Part shown: positions 33,736-45,801 of the stretch, one piece after another
Layout: every line of letters begins with the position of its first letter
How positions within the stretch are numbered: the first letter of the stretch is position 1
Source: Setoptus koraiensis
Taxonomy: Eukaryota > Animalia > Arthropoda
DNA length: 64,000 nt
Direction: 5' to 3'
Assembly (NCBI GenBank): GCA_048013815.1
Contig: CM106586.1
Location: 4,650,001-4,714,000 of the forward strand
The notes under the pieces: generated by a model
Told to the model about the DNA's origin: nothing
The model's database searches: none
The model's input: only the letters and a program-made list of their open reading frames with translations
Position numbers and translations under genes: made by a program

Positions 33736-36082
33736 TCATGCTAAAGACTTTCCAAGATTATGAGGCTGAATTTGCTTGTTACGACGTCGTCTATCTTTAA
33801 GAACCTTCATTAGTTTCTCTATAGTGTAATACACCGATACAATCGATAGGCCCAACCATAGAGCTAATAATCCACCTACATTGCCAATAAGATCTACAAG
33901 AATGAATTTAGGTACGTATTGGTGGACAGTATGTTGAAAATCGATAAACTTAATAGTTACAAGAGCACAGCAAGAGCGAAGTAACTTGCTCGACTCGTCA
34001 TCAAATAGAAGCTCTGCATCTGAAGGCCATCTCATCCTTTCTGATAGTACTAAATATTGAGTTGTACTACATTCGGCTGGGCACAATTGCTCGCAGCGTC
34101 TGTGATAAACTTTATAACAATCATAGTATTTGTGGGTAGTTAAATTAACTGTTTGTCCGCCGTGTAATCCGCTAACTGTAGTGGCCTCAGTTGCTGATTT
34201 GCTCTTGTTAGCATTATTATAGAATGTGCTGGTGCTAGCCCAACGACAGACTTCTAAGTTTCTTTTTGGATCCAGTTCATCATCTTCGTAGTAGGGCATT
34301 AATGTTGGCCAACATTTGCACTTTTCTATAGCGCTTTTCACAATACAATTTTGTAGACAAGCTTGTCGATTCAATTCTACCCTTGGTGATGTATCCAAGT
34401 CTGTTTGATATTGTTTAATATTAGCGGAAAAATAGTCGCGACAATGCGTATTGTATGGATAACTCAATCTTTTAGTATCCGATCTAGATATGTAGAAATC
34501 GTATTGATAGCCTCTGGTTACAAAGTAGTCTGTATCTGCTTGAGTGGCCACTTGTTGACGCGAATGGAATATAATTCTAGACCCAATCTGCCTCTTAAGA
34601 TCTGCATAATCACTTGGATTAAAGTCCAATATAAACTTAACAACTTGTTTTGTGTCAAAGTAACTATATTTATTACTTGCAGAAACTCTAGAACTATTAA
34701 AATGTTCGGGCCTGTTAAATAGATCATATTGAATGACTCCTTCATAAAAGAAAGTAGTACAAAGTCTATCTTGAATGGAATGAATTTGTTTAAAACGATC
34801 ACATTCAACAGTATCCATCCAACTTCTTGCACAACCTAACCATTTGATGAATCTACCTGGATGCGGTTTTATCATAAATTGATTACTCAATGTAGATCCC
34901 AACACTTCATTATCGGCATTGTAGCCCAAACGACGAAAAATAACATCCAAGTCGTCTCTAAATTTATCTAAATCTTCTTGAGTAAAGTATGTTTTATTCT
35001 TCCATTTGTCGCCATATGTCGACTGGAATTCATTTTCAAGCCTTTTATTCCTTGACATTAGGCGCTCTAGAGACAATCTGTTTTTTAGTGAGAATAGAAG
35101 GAAGTCTTAGTCGCAATCTTTCATTTCATTCAATAGATATTCTTTTCGAAATCGACTCAAAGTAGGTGATTGTGCGTCCGGTCAAAGTGTCTCCAAAGTT
35201 CATTATTATTGTAAATGTCACATGCATATCGTAACATGCAGAGAGAAAGAGAATGCGATATGTGATCACCTGTGCATGTAAGATTATTTTCCGACATATG
35301 GGTAAGGAGAACTTTTGGCATTTTATATTTTTTCTTTACTTTACGGTCACTCAAGTTTGACCAATCATTACTGTTAAGAAAGAACTCTAAAACTGCTTTT
35401 CTCTTTGTCCACTCAAAACCGGCATTAATTATGTGTGTTTCAAATAGTTTGTCATATGATGTCGCATAACAAGCTCTTTAATTGCCCAATCAAGAAATTA
35501 CCTGTTATTATTGCAGATTGTTATGCCAGGCAAAGTTTCTAAAAGTTGCGCTGGTATATGTTCGTATAAGTTGACGCTGCTAGGATACGCTAAGTAACTG
35601 ACTATCATGGTGTAGCACTGCGAAAAGCACAAGAATATTAGGATCAGAATTATTACTGTTTTAAACACACCGTGAGACGTGAGCCGACTTCGAAGAAATT
35701 TCACCAAATCATATATCCGGTCAATCAATTTCCCATTACTAGCAGTCGACGATGGTTTAACATTGGAACCTCTTTCGACGTCTTGTTTGGAGCACAATGA
35801 TACAGAGCTATTTGTAACGAGGTTTTGTGTACTGCTCGAACTAGAGTTTTGAGTAGCTAGATCACTATCAAAATACTTTTTATAGAATTCGCCACGTCTA
35901 ATCCAATAGATTCTAGAGTTACGTTCATATTCTGTGAAAATGTTCTTGAATTGTTCGTCATTGATAGATGCATAAGACGACTTAATTGCATCGAGTTTTT
36001 CTTGTTTTGCCAAGGCATAAGATGAATTGTTATCATTGTTTCTTTTGAACCGAATGAAGAATTTCAATCGCTCTTTCACCAT
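33736..36082 (-). CDS. DEG/ENaC (pickpocket-like) sodium channel subunit, ~640 aa
   Basis: Exons 36082-35502 and 35077-33736 with a phase-2 intron. Pre-TM1 HG motif (LTSHGVF), TM1, LPGITICNNNR, Cys-rich thumb (HCRDY..CLQNCIVK..CKCWP..CEQLCPAEC..Y) and TM2 GNVGGLLALWLGLS containing the GxS filter. Confidence 0.9.
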
Positions 36083-37374
36083 CTTGTCTCCCAATCGTCT
36101 TTCAAAGGATTAAAAGGATCTGTACTGGGCTTCTTCACTATTGTAGTGACATTTTTTGACTTATACTAGTGTAATCCATAGTATTTAGGATTTGGAAGAG
36201 CATATGAAGAGGCCAAGATAAAATAAATGCACAAGTCGTCCGAATAAAAATATTATAGCATCTCTATGAGTATAAAACATCAGAAGATGTTCCATGTTCG
36301 ATCTTGGCCATTATTAATGACCTTGACATAATGAGCTTTGCATCATCCGACTGTTATATAACCCGTAATTTGTCTGAGAGTAGACGTATATCGCGACATG
36401 TGTCATGAGCTGACTTGTTATAGTAGGAAATATTGAGCAATGCGTGAAACAAATTACAGGGTGCAGCATGATCGCAGTATGATTGAATGCAGTTTCCGAG
36501 AAAAGTTTAGACTGGATGGGCCCCATTTTCGATCCGCCATCAGTGAATGTATCATCAGGTATGTTACTATGTCAGTGAACATAGTGGCAGTTCGATAGAG
36601 TAGAAAAATATATAAAATGATAATAATAGCCAATAGAGGTTGCGGCGGGATATTTTGTATTTACAATTGTCGGCCACAAACATTTTGCAGGGTTAGTTAA
36701 TCCGCCTGCGATCATATGTTTTCGTTTGTGGTGACAATCGTGTGTTTGAATTTTTCTTCGTGTGGCATCGCGCATGCGTTGCTAGCTAGATTAAAGTTTT
36801 TCTATTTCTGCAATTTCAATCCGTTCTAGCCGCACAATCATCAAGATTAGTATCAAATTTATATATGGAACCTCTATTCAACTTTCTCTGTCTAACTTTG
36901 ACTGGCATTGGTAGAGAAGGGAACACTGTGGTGAGTGTGTGTGTGTATAGTTCTAGTTTACGACTATAGTTTAGTGACTAAAGTGAGTGTGTGAGAGCGA
37001 GAGAGATGAGTATTTGACTATGGTCCATATGGCAAAATGGAAGTTTAACCGATTTATAAGTTATTTAGTTTATTTAGTAGCATAAGGGGCAGCAATGTTA
37101 GTAATGGTAGTGGTATTATCGACGTATATGACTACCTAAACAAATGAACTGATGGTATTGCTGATGGTCGGGTGTACCCTATCAAGGTCATTGAAGCGCC
37201 CTCAGTTGGATTATAGCCTGTCTAGCCTATGGTTGCACTATTGTTTTTATGAAACTTTCATCAGGCTGCTGCTGCTGCTATTGCTGTTGGTGGCAACAGC
37301 ACACAGTGTAGTCAACTCGCAAGCTAGCTCTGTTTCTATATGGCCTACAGCAGCATTAGTATTGGTGGTCTTAC

Positions 37375-37378
<4 letters not shown>

Positions 37379-37436
<58 letters not shown>
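37379..37436. repeat. (AG)29 microsatellite
   Basis: Uninterrupted AG run. Confidence 0.95.
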
Positions 37437-37438
<2 letters not shown>

Positions 37439-37859
37439 AGTTGAATCATGAGTCTAATATCGAACACAGCACACAATGTAATACTAATAGTAATAGTAAT
37501 AATATTAATAATAACATCAACTTGATATCACTAGTGTGCGTAGACTCCACAGCATAGACTCTATGCCATAGAGAGTCCTTGTTCCCTTGCAAAGAGAAAT
37601 AGAGTGCACCAGCAACAACAGCAACTGCAACAACCTCGACAACAGCAACTACAGCGGCAACTACAACAACAGCAGCAGCAGCGGCGGCGGCGGCAGCACT
37701 AGTAGTAGTGGCGTCGGCATTACAAGTTTAATCCATGGTGGATATAAAGTAGGAACGTAAATATAGTATATACAGTATAGTGTAGTGTAGTATGGTGATG
37801 TAGTAACACATTGCATATTACTACTACCACCAGTCATATTACATGTACTATGAGAGAGC

Positions 37860-38204
37860 TTGTTAGGCAACAACAACAACAGCAGCAACAACAGCAGCAA
37901 CAACAACAACAACAGCAGCAACAGCCAAGCAAGCCAGTGATCGCAAGACAGACGCACAATGAAATAAGTGAAGCACGCACACACACACATTGACAAGAGG
38001 GATGAAGCGAGACACACACACAGACAGTCGCGCAATGGAGTGACAGTTGCGCAATGGAAGTGACAGTCGCGCAATGGAAGTGACGAACGCACCAACAGAT
38101 AAAGGCTCAACTAGTAAACAGACATGCGAGCGTCGACGTTGAGGCTGTTGGTGCGTGACTTTCTAGACTATGTGAGAATATTCTTTTCGTTGCTCGCTCG
38201 CCCT

Positions 38205-38259
<55 letters not shown>

Positions 38260-38328
38260 CGTCCGTCCGTCTGTCCGTCTGTCTGTATGTGTTTATGTAC
38301 ATTTGTGTGCTTGTTAGCATGTGTTGGC

Positions 38329-38382
<54 letters not shown>

Positions 38383-38400
38383 GCTTGCTTGTGTGTCGTG
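37860..38400. repeat. Microsatellite/minisatellite cluster: (CAA/CAG)n, ~20-nt unit x3, (TCTG/TCCG)n, (GT)22
   Basis: CAA/CAG ~37866-37925; gacagt[c/t]gcgcaatgga(a)gt x3 at 38023-38081; tetranucleotide run ~38200-38285; GT run 38333-38376. Confidence 0.9.
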
Positions 38401-40477
38401 CACAGAATGGCCGCCGCCGCTTCTCCATACTGCTAAACCAGCTGTGCTTGCCGGACAGGTCCGTTGGAGGGCGCTGGCGGCTATTTCCAAAGCTGTTAGA
38501 CGCAATGGAGACACATATGGCGGTTGCGTCCAGCCTCACTGATAATCAGTCTGGTAGCAAAACCAGCGCGTCGAGCAGGCACACCGAACAGGACCCCAAA
38601 TTTCAGACTTGAGCCACTCTTTGGCCTGATCTTTTCAAAGTGAGACAAACTCCTGGATATATTGTTTTTTTTTTGCTAACACTGTGTCAATTTCATGCAC
38701 CCTAAATAGTCCGGACATGACCCCTTGGCCTCACTCTGGTTCTCGTGGCGCCCCAGACGCCCCTGGCGGACCTTTTCTACACTAACTCTCATTCCATCAA
38801 AGATGGCCACCAAACGTATTTGTGCGCCCTGAAGTGACTTCAGTTACCCAAGTTCAGTAAAGTCTGTGTGAGTGCGTGTGTGTGTGTGTCTTTGAGCTGA
38901 TGATGTTGGAGGGAATGAGTTAGTTGAACCAGGCTCAGAGCTGCGGGGGAAACACACACACACACATATTGAGAATAACACAATGTTTGTCTGCGCTGGA
39001 CATTCAAGCACACACACTTGTACCGATGCATGTGGTGGTATTTATTGTGCCTCCACATACACATGCACTAGGTAGCCTTCATGTCTACGGGTGTGTAAGT
39101 GTGTGTCGTAGGTCGTATCGTTTATATACAAAAGTTTCAAGCAGATTGGATGTGTTCGCTAGAGTCTGCCGCAGTGTGGCGTTACCGTACGTAGCGAGCA
39201 AACCAAAGTTCGATATCGTTCCTGAGGAAGAGCATAAAACAGCTGCTGGCTTGTACTGCGCGCAAGCGTACATTGACACCGCCGAACAATCTCGTTTATT
39301 TTATAGTGAAATATAAAAAGCCGCCTCGCGGATGAGAGAAGCGAAAAATCTTATCGGTTTGTGTGATGGCATCTGTGAATGGAGACCGGATCACAAGCGG
39401 ATGAGCGGACCAAATTTGTGAGTGTGGCACAATTCTCCGCCCAGCATAACCGGGTCATCGGGCCTATTCATACAGGCGCTGTTGTCGTTATTTTTCTTGC
39501 CAGAGAGAACCAACAGCCAAGACTCTCTAAGGCATGCACTTGAACTTTTAATTCAAGCTCGGGCTAGCCGCGCCAGTCCGCTTAGACTCCACAATCCGTT
39601 CACGCCCACAACTCAAAAATGTGCTCGAAAAAGACTGGTCGCAAATCAACGCTCCGTGAGCGCTTAACTTGACTCCCGGTACCAACGCTAGTGCATGGTA
39701 CTATACGTGAATGTGTGTGCTCGTTGGATGTTAACATTTGCTTCCCTTTAGTCAACCTTACATTTCTGTCTCTCCTTCACCATATAGGGTGGGACAATCA
39801 AATGGCTCAACTATAAAAGGCGCTGTGCCGCTCACAGGCACAGATCATACTTTTCTTTTTATTTGCGCCGAATACCCAGTGCTAACGTGGATGAGTTTTA
39901 AAATGCTTGATGCCAAGTGCACACAGGCACAATCTGTGCTTACGTAGGACCCGCTGTTCATTGCGAAGAATGCATTGTGGTAGGCATCGTAGCTTGTAAG
40001 GCAGGATTTGAGCCACTTATAATTGTCCCTTCCTAAGAGGTTGAATCGACGTTTCCAAAAGCCATGGAAAAAATTGTCCAGCACACATGCACAGAATGTA
40101 CAACATATCCGTGTGTGCTGCTCGTTCTAAGCCTGTTATGTGTATTGCGTGAGCAATCGAATTTATTGACTGAATTCCAGGCTGCGTGTGCCATGGCACA
40201 ATCTGTGCATGAGTGAGATCCACTATCCATTTCGAAAAAGCATTGCAAAGGGCGTAGAATTGACAGTGCAATTCGAACCATTTGCTTGTTGCACCCTATA
40301 CACATACACACATTCAGACGCTGGTATACGCACAGTTCATCGAGTGTGTGTGTCTTGCTCTTTTCATTCTATTCGGTGTGCTAACTGCGGCTACTGATGC
40401 ATCAGCAGCTCTAGTTATCCCATACTATGGCACAGTGTCTGCACTGCTTTGAGGCTTATCTATGCTATCCTCGTTTA

Positions 40478-40479
<2 letters not shown>

Positions 40480-40512
<33 letters not shown>

Positions 40513-40745
40513 CATCTTGATCACCATCACCGCCAACCACCACCACTATCATTTCCACTACATTTACAACTACTATCATCACCACCATCATCATTATAAG
40601 CAACATTATTACAATATCACACAATTTACACAAAAACACTCACTCAGATAAACATACACATACACATTTACAGACACACACTCACAGACAAACACACACA
40701 CACATTCACACATACACTTGCAGTATATTTAGTGTTGGTGTATAG

Positions 40746-40780
<35 letters not shown>

Positions 40781-41050
40781 AGAAGACGAAGACGATGACG
40801 ACAAGAAGAGTCATGGAGGCTACTTGAGATAGAGAGAGTAAGAGGGATATTTCTTCAATGTGTGTGTGATTGTTCTCCGGAGTTCGGTGGCCATCCCTAT
40901 CTTTATTGATATTTTTATCTTTATTACAATTAATATTATTATTATTATTATTATTACTATTATTATTATTATTATCATTATTATTATTGTATGATATTAT
41001 CATATTGTAATCATCATAGCTACGACGACAAATACCCACTATTATTATTA
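40480..41050. repeat. Compound microsatellite tract upstream of bbx ((CT)n, (CA)n, (GA)n, (ATT)n)
   Basis: Visible runs at ~40481-40508, 40660-40715, 40750-40776 and 40930-40990. Confidence 0.85.
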
Positions 41051-41087
41051 TCACTGGTAAGGTGGCCGGGGTATTACCGCTATTGCT

Positions 41088-43486
41088 ATGGCCACAAACA
41101 CACCAAGCACCGCACCAACCAACTCCATAGGCAATAATACCAGTAACAATAATTTCCCTGCCAGTGTGGCCGTTAGTCCCTCTTCTCCATCATCGGCATC
41201 TACCAACAACCATGCAACCACCGCCTCTAAGATAGCTGCCTCCTTAACCAATGTTGCAGCTATTTCCTCTTCATCCACGTCGCAACAACAGCACCAACAA
41301 CAAAATCAGCATCAACAGCCACAACAGAGATTGTCAAATAATAATCTGGATAATACATATACAACACCCTTTCAGGCTATAACGTCACCGCAGACCACAT
41401 CAACCAGCACGACACCAATTAATACTACTCAATCTTTGACTAGAACAATTGTTCAGCAAACTAGTGGTGCACCAATAAATAGTACCAATTCTAGTACTAC
41501 CACCACCACAAACACCACCACCACTACTACTACTACCACCACCAACACCACCACTACTACTAATACTACTACTACTAATTCGACCATAAATAATAACAAC
41601 AGTACTAGTAATAACAGCAGTAGCACTAGTAGCGGTGCCTCTGTTAATAATAGTAATATTATGATGATGACCCCAGCAACTGGTTCGTTATTAGGATTGA
41701 AGCCTTCATCGGCCGTTATAACGCCCTCTTCACAGCAATCCAAGAAGACTGGCGAACAAAAGCGCCCTATGAATGCATTTCTTATGTTTTGCAAGAGGCA
41801 TAGATCACTTGTTAGAGAGAAGCACCCTTCATTAGAGAATAGAGGTATAACAAAAATTCTAGGCGATTGGTGGTCCAAATTAGACAAGGGTCAAAAAAGT
41901 AGCTATACAGAATTAGCTAGGCAGCATAAGGAAGCTTTTATGAAGGCCAATCCTGACTTCAAATGGTATAAAACAACAGACTTGAGGTAATGATCATTCA
42001 GGACATGTTAACAATGCTCTCCACTAATGTCAGATTCTTATTTCTAGCATATATATCTAATCTGTAAAATCTCTGTTTATGTATCGATCTATCTGTACCT
42101 GTAGGCCCCCAATTAATCGCAATACTGGTCCAGCATCACCTGTTTCCCTCAATATGGCCTCAGTCACAGATATGATATCCAATTCTAGTAGAGAGTCATT
42201 AATTAATAATAATAATGTTGATCCGAATGTGCCTGTGATCATAGGGCCTTATGTCACTAAAAACAACGGTGATTGTGCCACAGTCAACACAACTAATTCA
42301 GTTTCATCATCCCCAAAGCAGATAATGAGCAGCAATGTTGAGAAGAATGCACTCACGGTAACAAATAATGAGTAAGTTTCTTTGCGAGTTACTAAAACCT
42401 TACATTTTGATATTTCTAACAGACAATTTCCCTGAACTAACAATTTTGCTTCCATCATTCTTTCCAATTGACAGTGATAGACAGCATGGTGCACCTAAAC
42501 CACCCAAGAAACGTTATTTGGAGAATAGTCAGCACATGTTAGCTTCATCATCTTCTAATGATCTACAACAAACAAATAGCGAGGATGCAATGATGACGAA
42601 CGATACAATTGTTCCGATATTCTTCGATAAAGTAACTTTCGATAGAGTTATAGAACATGCCCTCTCCGATAACAAATCCAGCAACAGCAGTACCCCATCA
42701 AGTGCATTGTGTAATGACCTTGTGAATAATATTAAACCTCCTTTATGTGGTATTATGGACCAAATAAATAGTCAGCAGTCAACAAATAATCTAAGTTCCT
42801 CTATATCGAATGATAGGAACGCAAATAAGACGGTTGAAGATCTTGGAGCAAATGTGATTGGAGCCGCAGACTTATCGATGGCAAGGAAACAATCCATCGA
42901 TGAGCCTGTCGACTTCTCAATGAATCGAACATATGAAGCAACCAACCAAAAGATAATCAATAATCTTATTGATAGAATGTTATCGGATTCAAGAGATAGT
43001 ACCTCTTCGCTATCCAACAACACCTCTCAACCGATGGATCAAGATCCTCAGCCAAACCAGCAACGAATGCAACAGTCATCCTCGACACTAACTAGCAATG
43101 GCACTAACTCCAGCAGTCATCCCAATTGTAATGTACATTTGGTAGCCGCTACAAACAATAGCTCTTTCACGAACAAATCTTCATTACCTGAATTTGATTT
43201 AGAGAAGAAACTCACAGAATTACCCCTGTTCGAGCTCACTAACGGCAAATTTGAAGGAATAGACCAGCGCCAGCATGATGGTTTGGCGACCCTCGCTGAA
43301 GCGGCTGTAGCCGTCCAGCAGCTCCCACCGCAACTTCCACAACATCAGATACAACAGCAACAGAAACATAACCCACACTCAATTAACGTGGTAAAAAATG
43401 ATTCGGCCACGTCTTTGGCCACCTTAGCGGCGGTGGCTGGCCAGACTCCAAATTCAGTTGTGCCTGCCGCTAGCTTCAAAGATTGA
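41088..43486 (+). CDS. bbx: HMG-box transcription factor BBX (bobby sox), 725 aa as modelled
   Basis: Exons 41088-41986, 42105-42371 and 42475-43486 (2178 nt). The HMG box KRPMNAFLMFCKRHRSLVREKHPSLENRGITKILGDWW...KEAFMKANPDFKWYK has the BBX-type MNAFL.FCKRHR...ITKILGDWW pattern. The N-terminus is Thr/Asn-rich. Confidence 0.9.
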
Positions 43487-43631
43487 AATTCAATGTAAAT
43501 TTGTTACGGTCGATAATTGTTTAGGAATCAACAAGATTATTACCAGCTATCTGATGGATAATATATTATTGCAACCAATATTTGGGAGTAAATAAATAAT
43601 CTCTTATTTTTATTCCATCAGATATCAAGAT

Positions 43632-45455
43632 TTACATTCGACTGACAGTCTTTATCCCCAGCAGATTCAGGCCCTTTTCCATGACCAAAGCAGTGGATTC
43701 ACACAGTAGAATTCTATCTATGTTGATTTTTATGATTTTGTCTCCGCTAGTTTCGATACAGTAGCACTGTTCATAAAAATCTGAATATAGTGAGCTAAGG
43801 TCGTAGAGATATTGGCAAAGGCTATGGAAAAACAAATCTTCTACGCACTGCGCAATCACATCGGGGAATCGGAGTATAAACTTGGCCAGTTTTAGTTGTC
43901 TTGGATGTTCCAATTCAAATGGTTCATCAATGCTCCTATTCTTCATAATGTCATCTCTGGTCCCCAGATTGGCTTTTCTTGCTATTGAGCGTATTCGGGT
44001 AACGGTGTATAGCAAGTATACAGCTGTGTTACCCTGGTCTTTTAGCATTTGATCGAAACTGAAAATATAGTCCTTGTTACGGTCACGACTCAGATCTGAG
44101 TACTTGATACATCCGTAGGCAACGGCTTCTTGAGCTCTCTTAAGTTCTTCCTCCGATAGTTCTTTGTCACGACCCTTCTCCTTCAATTTAGCTAAAGATC
44201 TCTCCATTCCCTCGTCCAAAAGTTCCGATAGTTTTACGGTATCGCCGGATCTTGTCTTGAACTTTTTCTTATCCTCACCTAAGACAACACCGAATCCTAC
44301 ATGTTCCAGACGGACGCTATCGTCTGCGTATCCGGCCCTCTTAGCACAAGCAAAGATACTTTGAAAGTGTGACGCTTGACCACTATCAGTCACATAAATG
44401 ATCCTTTTAGCTTGTTCAACTTGTGTTCGATGTCGGACCGCAGCCAGATCTGAGGTATCATATGTGTAACCGCCGTCAGATTTTACAATCGTCAATGGTA
44501 CGCAGCCTTTTTGTTCCTCATTAGGCCAAAATAATTCTCTTCCTTCTTCTTTAATCAGAAGTCCTTTATCTTTAAGGTCTTGGATCATATCAGACATCAA
44601 ATCGTGATAGAAAGATTCTCCACGCTCGATCAGATCTCTAATATCAAGCCTCTGATAGAGAATATTGAACTCTCTTCTTGATATGTCGCAGATTTGTTGC
44701 CAAGCCCTTATAGCTTGAGGATCTTTCGACTGAAGTTTTACGACAGTTTCGTAAGACCGTTTTTTGAAATCTTCGTCTTGATCAAATTTCGCTTTTGCTT
44801 GCTTGTAAAAACTTTGTAAGCTCTCAATCTCTTGTGTAAATTTGGTATAATCGTCCCCGAAACTATCAAAGAGTAACGTGAGCAACATGCCAAACTGTGT
44901 TCCCCAATCTCCAATATGATTCAGTCGAAGGACATCGCAACCAACGAATTCAAGCAGATGGGATATGCAATCTCCGAGTATTGTAGATCTCAAGTGTCCA
45001 ACGTGCATTTCTTTAGCTATGTTTGGTGAACTATAGTCAACAATAACCTTAGATGACCCAGTGTAATTGATAGTGACACCACTTCCAAGAAGATCCAAAA
45101 TCTTATTTCCCACATAGTCTTTCCTCAAACTGAAATTGATGAAGCCTTTCACAACGGTGAAATTCTCGAAGATGTCCTCGTTCGTGTGTGGCAAAGAAGA
45201 AACTATATTTTCTGCAATCGTCACAGGGTTTGGAGGAGTACTCTTGGTTCCTTCCTCTGTTGGTGCAGGAAATCGTGATAACAATTTCATAAGAGGCATG
45301 GCCGAGTTACATTGATAATCAGCCTCAACTGAAGACGCTTGACGATCGGGAACTGGTCCAATAATAACGGGAGGATTTTTATCGGCTAAATGAGGGTAAG
45401 CTGTTAGGATGGCTTCTTGGAAGAGATTCTTTGCCTTAACTGTTATGCAATCCAT
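43632..45455 (-). CDS. RARS1: Cytoplasmic arginyl-tRNA synthetase, intronless, 607 aa
   Basis: ADYQCNSAM, VDYSSPNIAKEMHVGHLRSTILG (HIGH-type motif), NHIGDWGTQFGML, KSDGGYTYDTSDLAA, KKKFKTRSG and GNTAVYLLY. Confidence 0.95.
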   Translation of the reverse strand: MDCITVKAKNLFQEAILTAYPHLADKNPPVIIGPVPDRQASSVEADYQCNSAMPLMKLLSRFPAPTEEGTKSTPPNPVTIAENIVSSLPHTNEDIFENFTVVKGFINFSLRKDYVGNKILDLLGSGVTINYTGSSKVIVDYSSPNIAKEMHVGHLRSTILGDCISHLLEFVGCDVLRLNHIGDWGTQFGMLLTLLFDSFGDDYTKFTQEIESLQSFYKQAKAKFDQDEDFKKRSYETVVKLQSKDPQAIRAWQQICDISRREFNILYQRLDIRDLIERGESFYHDLMSDMIQDLKDKGLLIKEEGRELFWPNEEQKGCVPLTIVKSDGGYTYDTSDLAAVRHRTQVEQAKRIIYVTDSGQASHFQSIFACAKRAGYADDSVRLEHVGFGVVLGEDKKKFKTRSGDTVKLSELLDEGMERSLAKLKEKGRDKELSEEELKRAQEAVAYGCIKYSDLSRDRNKDYIFSFDQMLKDQGNTAVYLLYTVTRIRSIARKANLGTRDDIMKNRSIDEPFELEHPRQLKLAKFILRFPDVIAQCVEDLFFHSLCQYLYDLSSLYSDFYEQCYCIETSGDKIIKINIDRILLCESTALVMEKGLNLLGIKTVSRM

Positions 45456-45801
45456 TTTTGGTTGTATCTGATCAACTAAAGATGATAATCTAGGTTAGAT
45501 GAGTTTTCAAGTATTGAAGCGAAAATAACGTATAAGTCTTAAATATCTTTCATAATCAATGGTATTCAATCAAGATCTACAAGTGTGATTTATAATGATC
45601 ATGTTAACACAGTTGTACCGGTGAGCATTAGAACATGTGATCAAATCGTTTGCGCTGCATACATCACAGCTGTTCTCAAGGCTGCCGTTTGAAGTCACCA
45701 GAGCGCATTTCCAAAGAATATCCTGTCATGTAATTCCTAATCAATCATCAATAGAATGGATAAATGCAACTAACATTATGTCAACCATAACAACTACCAC
45801 A
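45456..45801. promoter_or_regulatory. Short divergent (bidirectional) intergenic region between RARS1 and EIPR1
   Basis: Head-to-head ATGs at 45455 (-) and 45802 (+), ~345 nt apart. I could not confirm any specific motif. Confidence 0.5.

Noticed and set aside
37152-41050. ORFs such as ERERERE, CVCVCV, THTHTH and polyQ/L/C
   Set aside because: They are translations of microsatellites.
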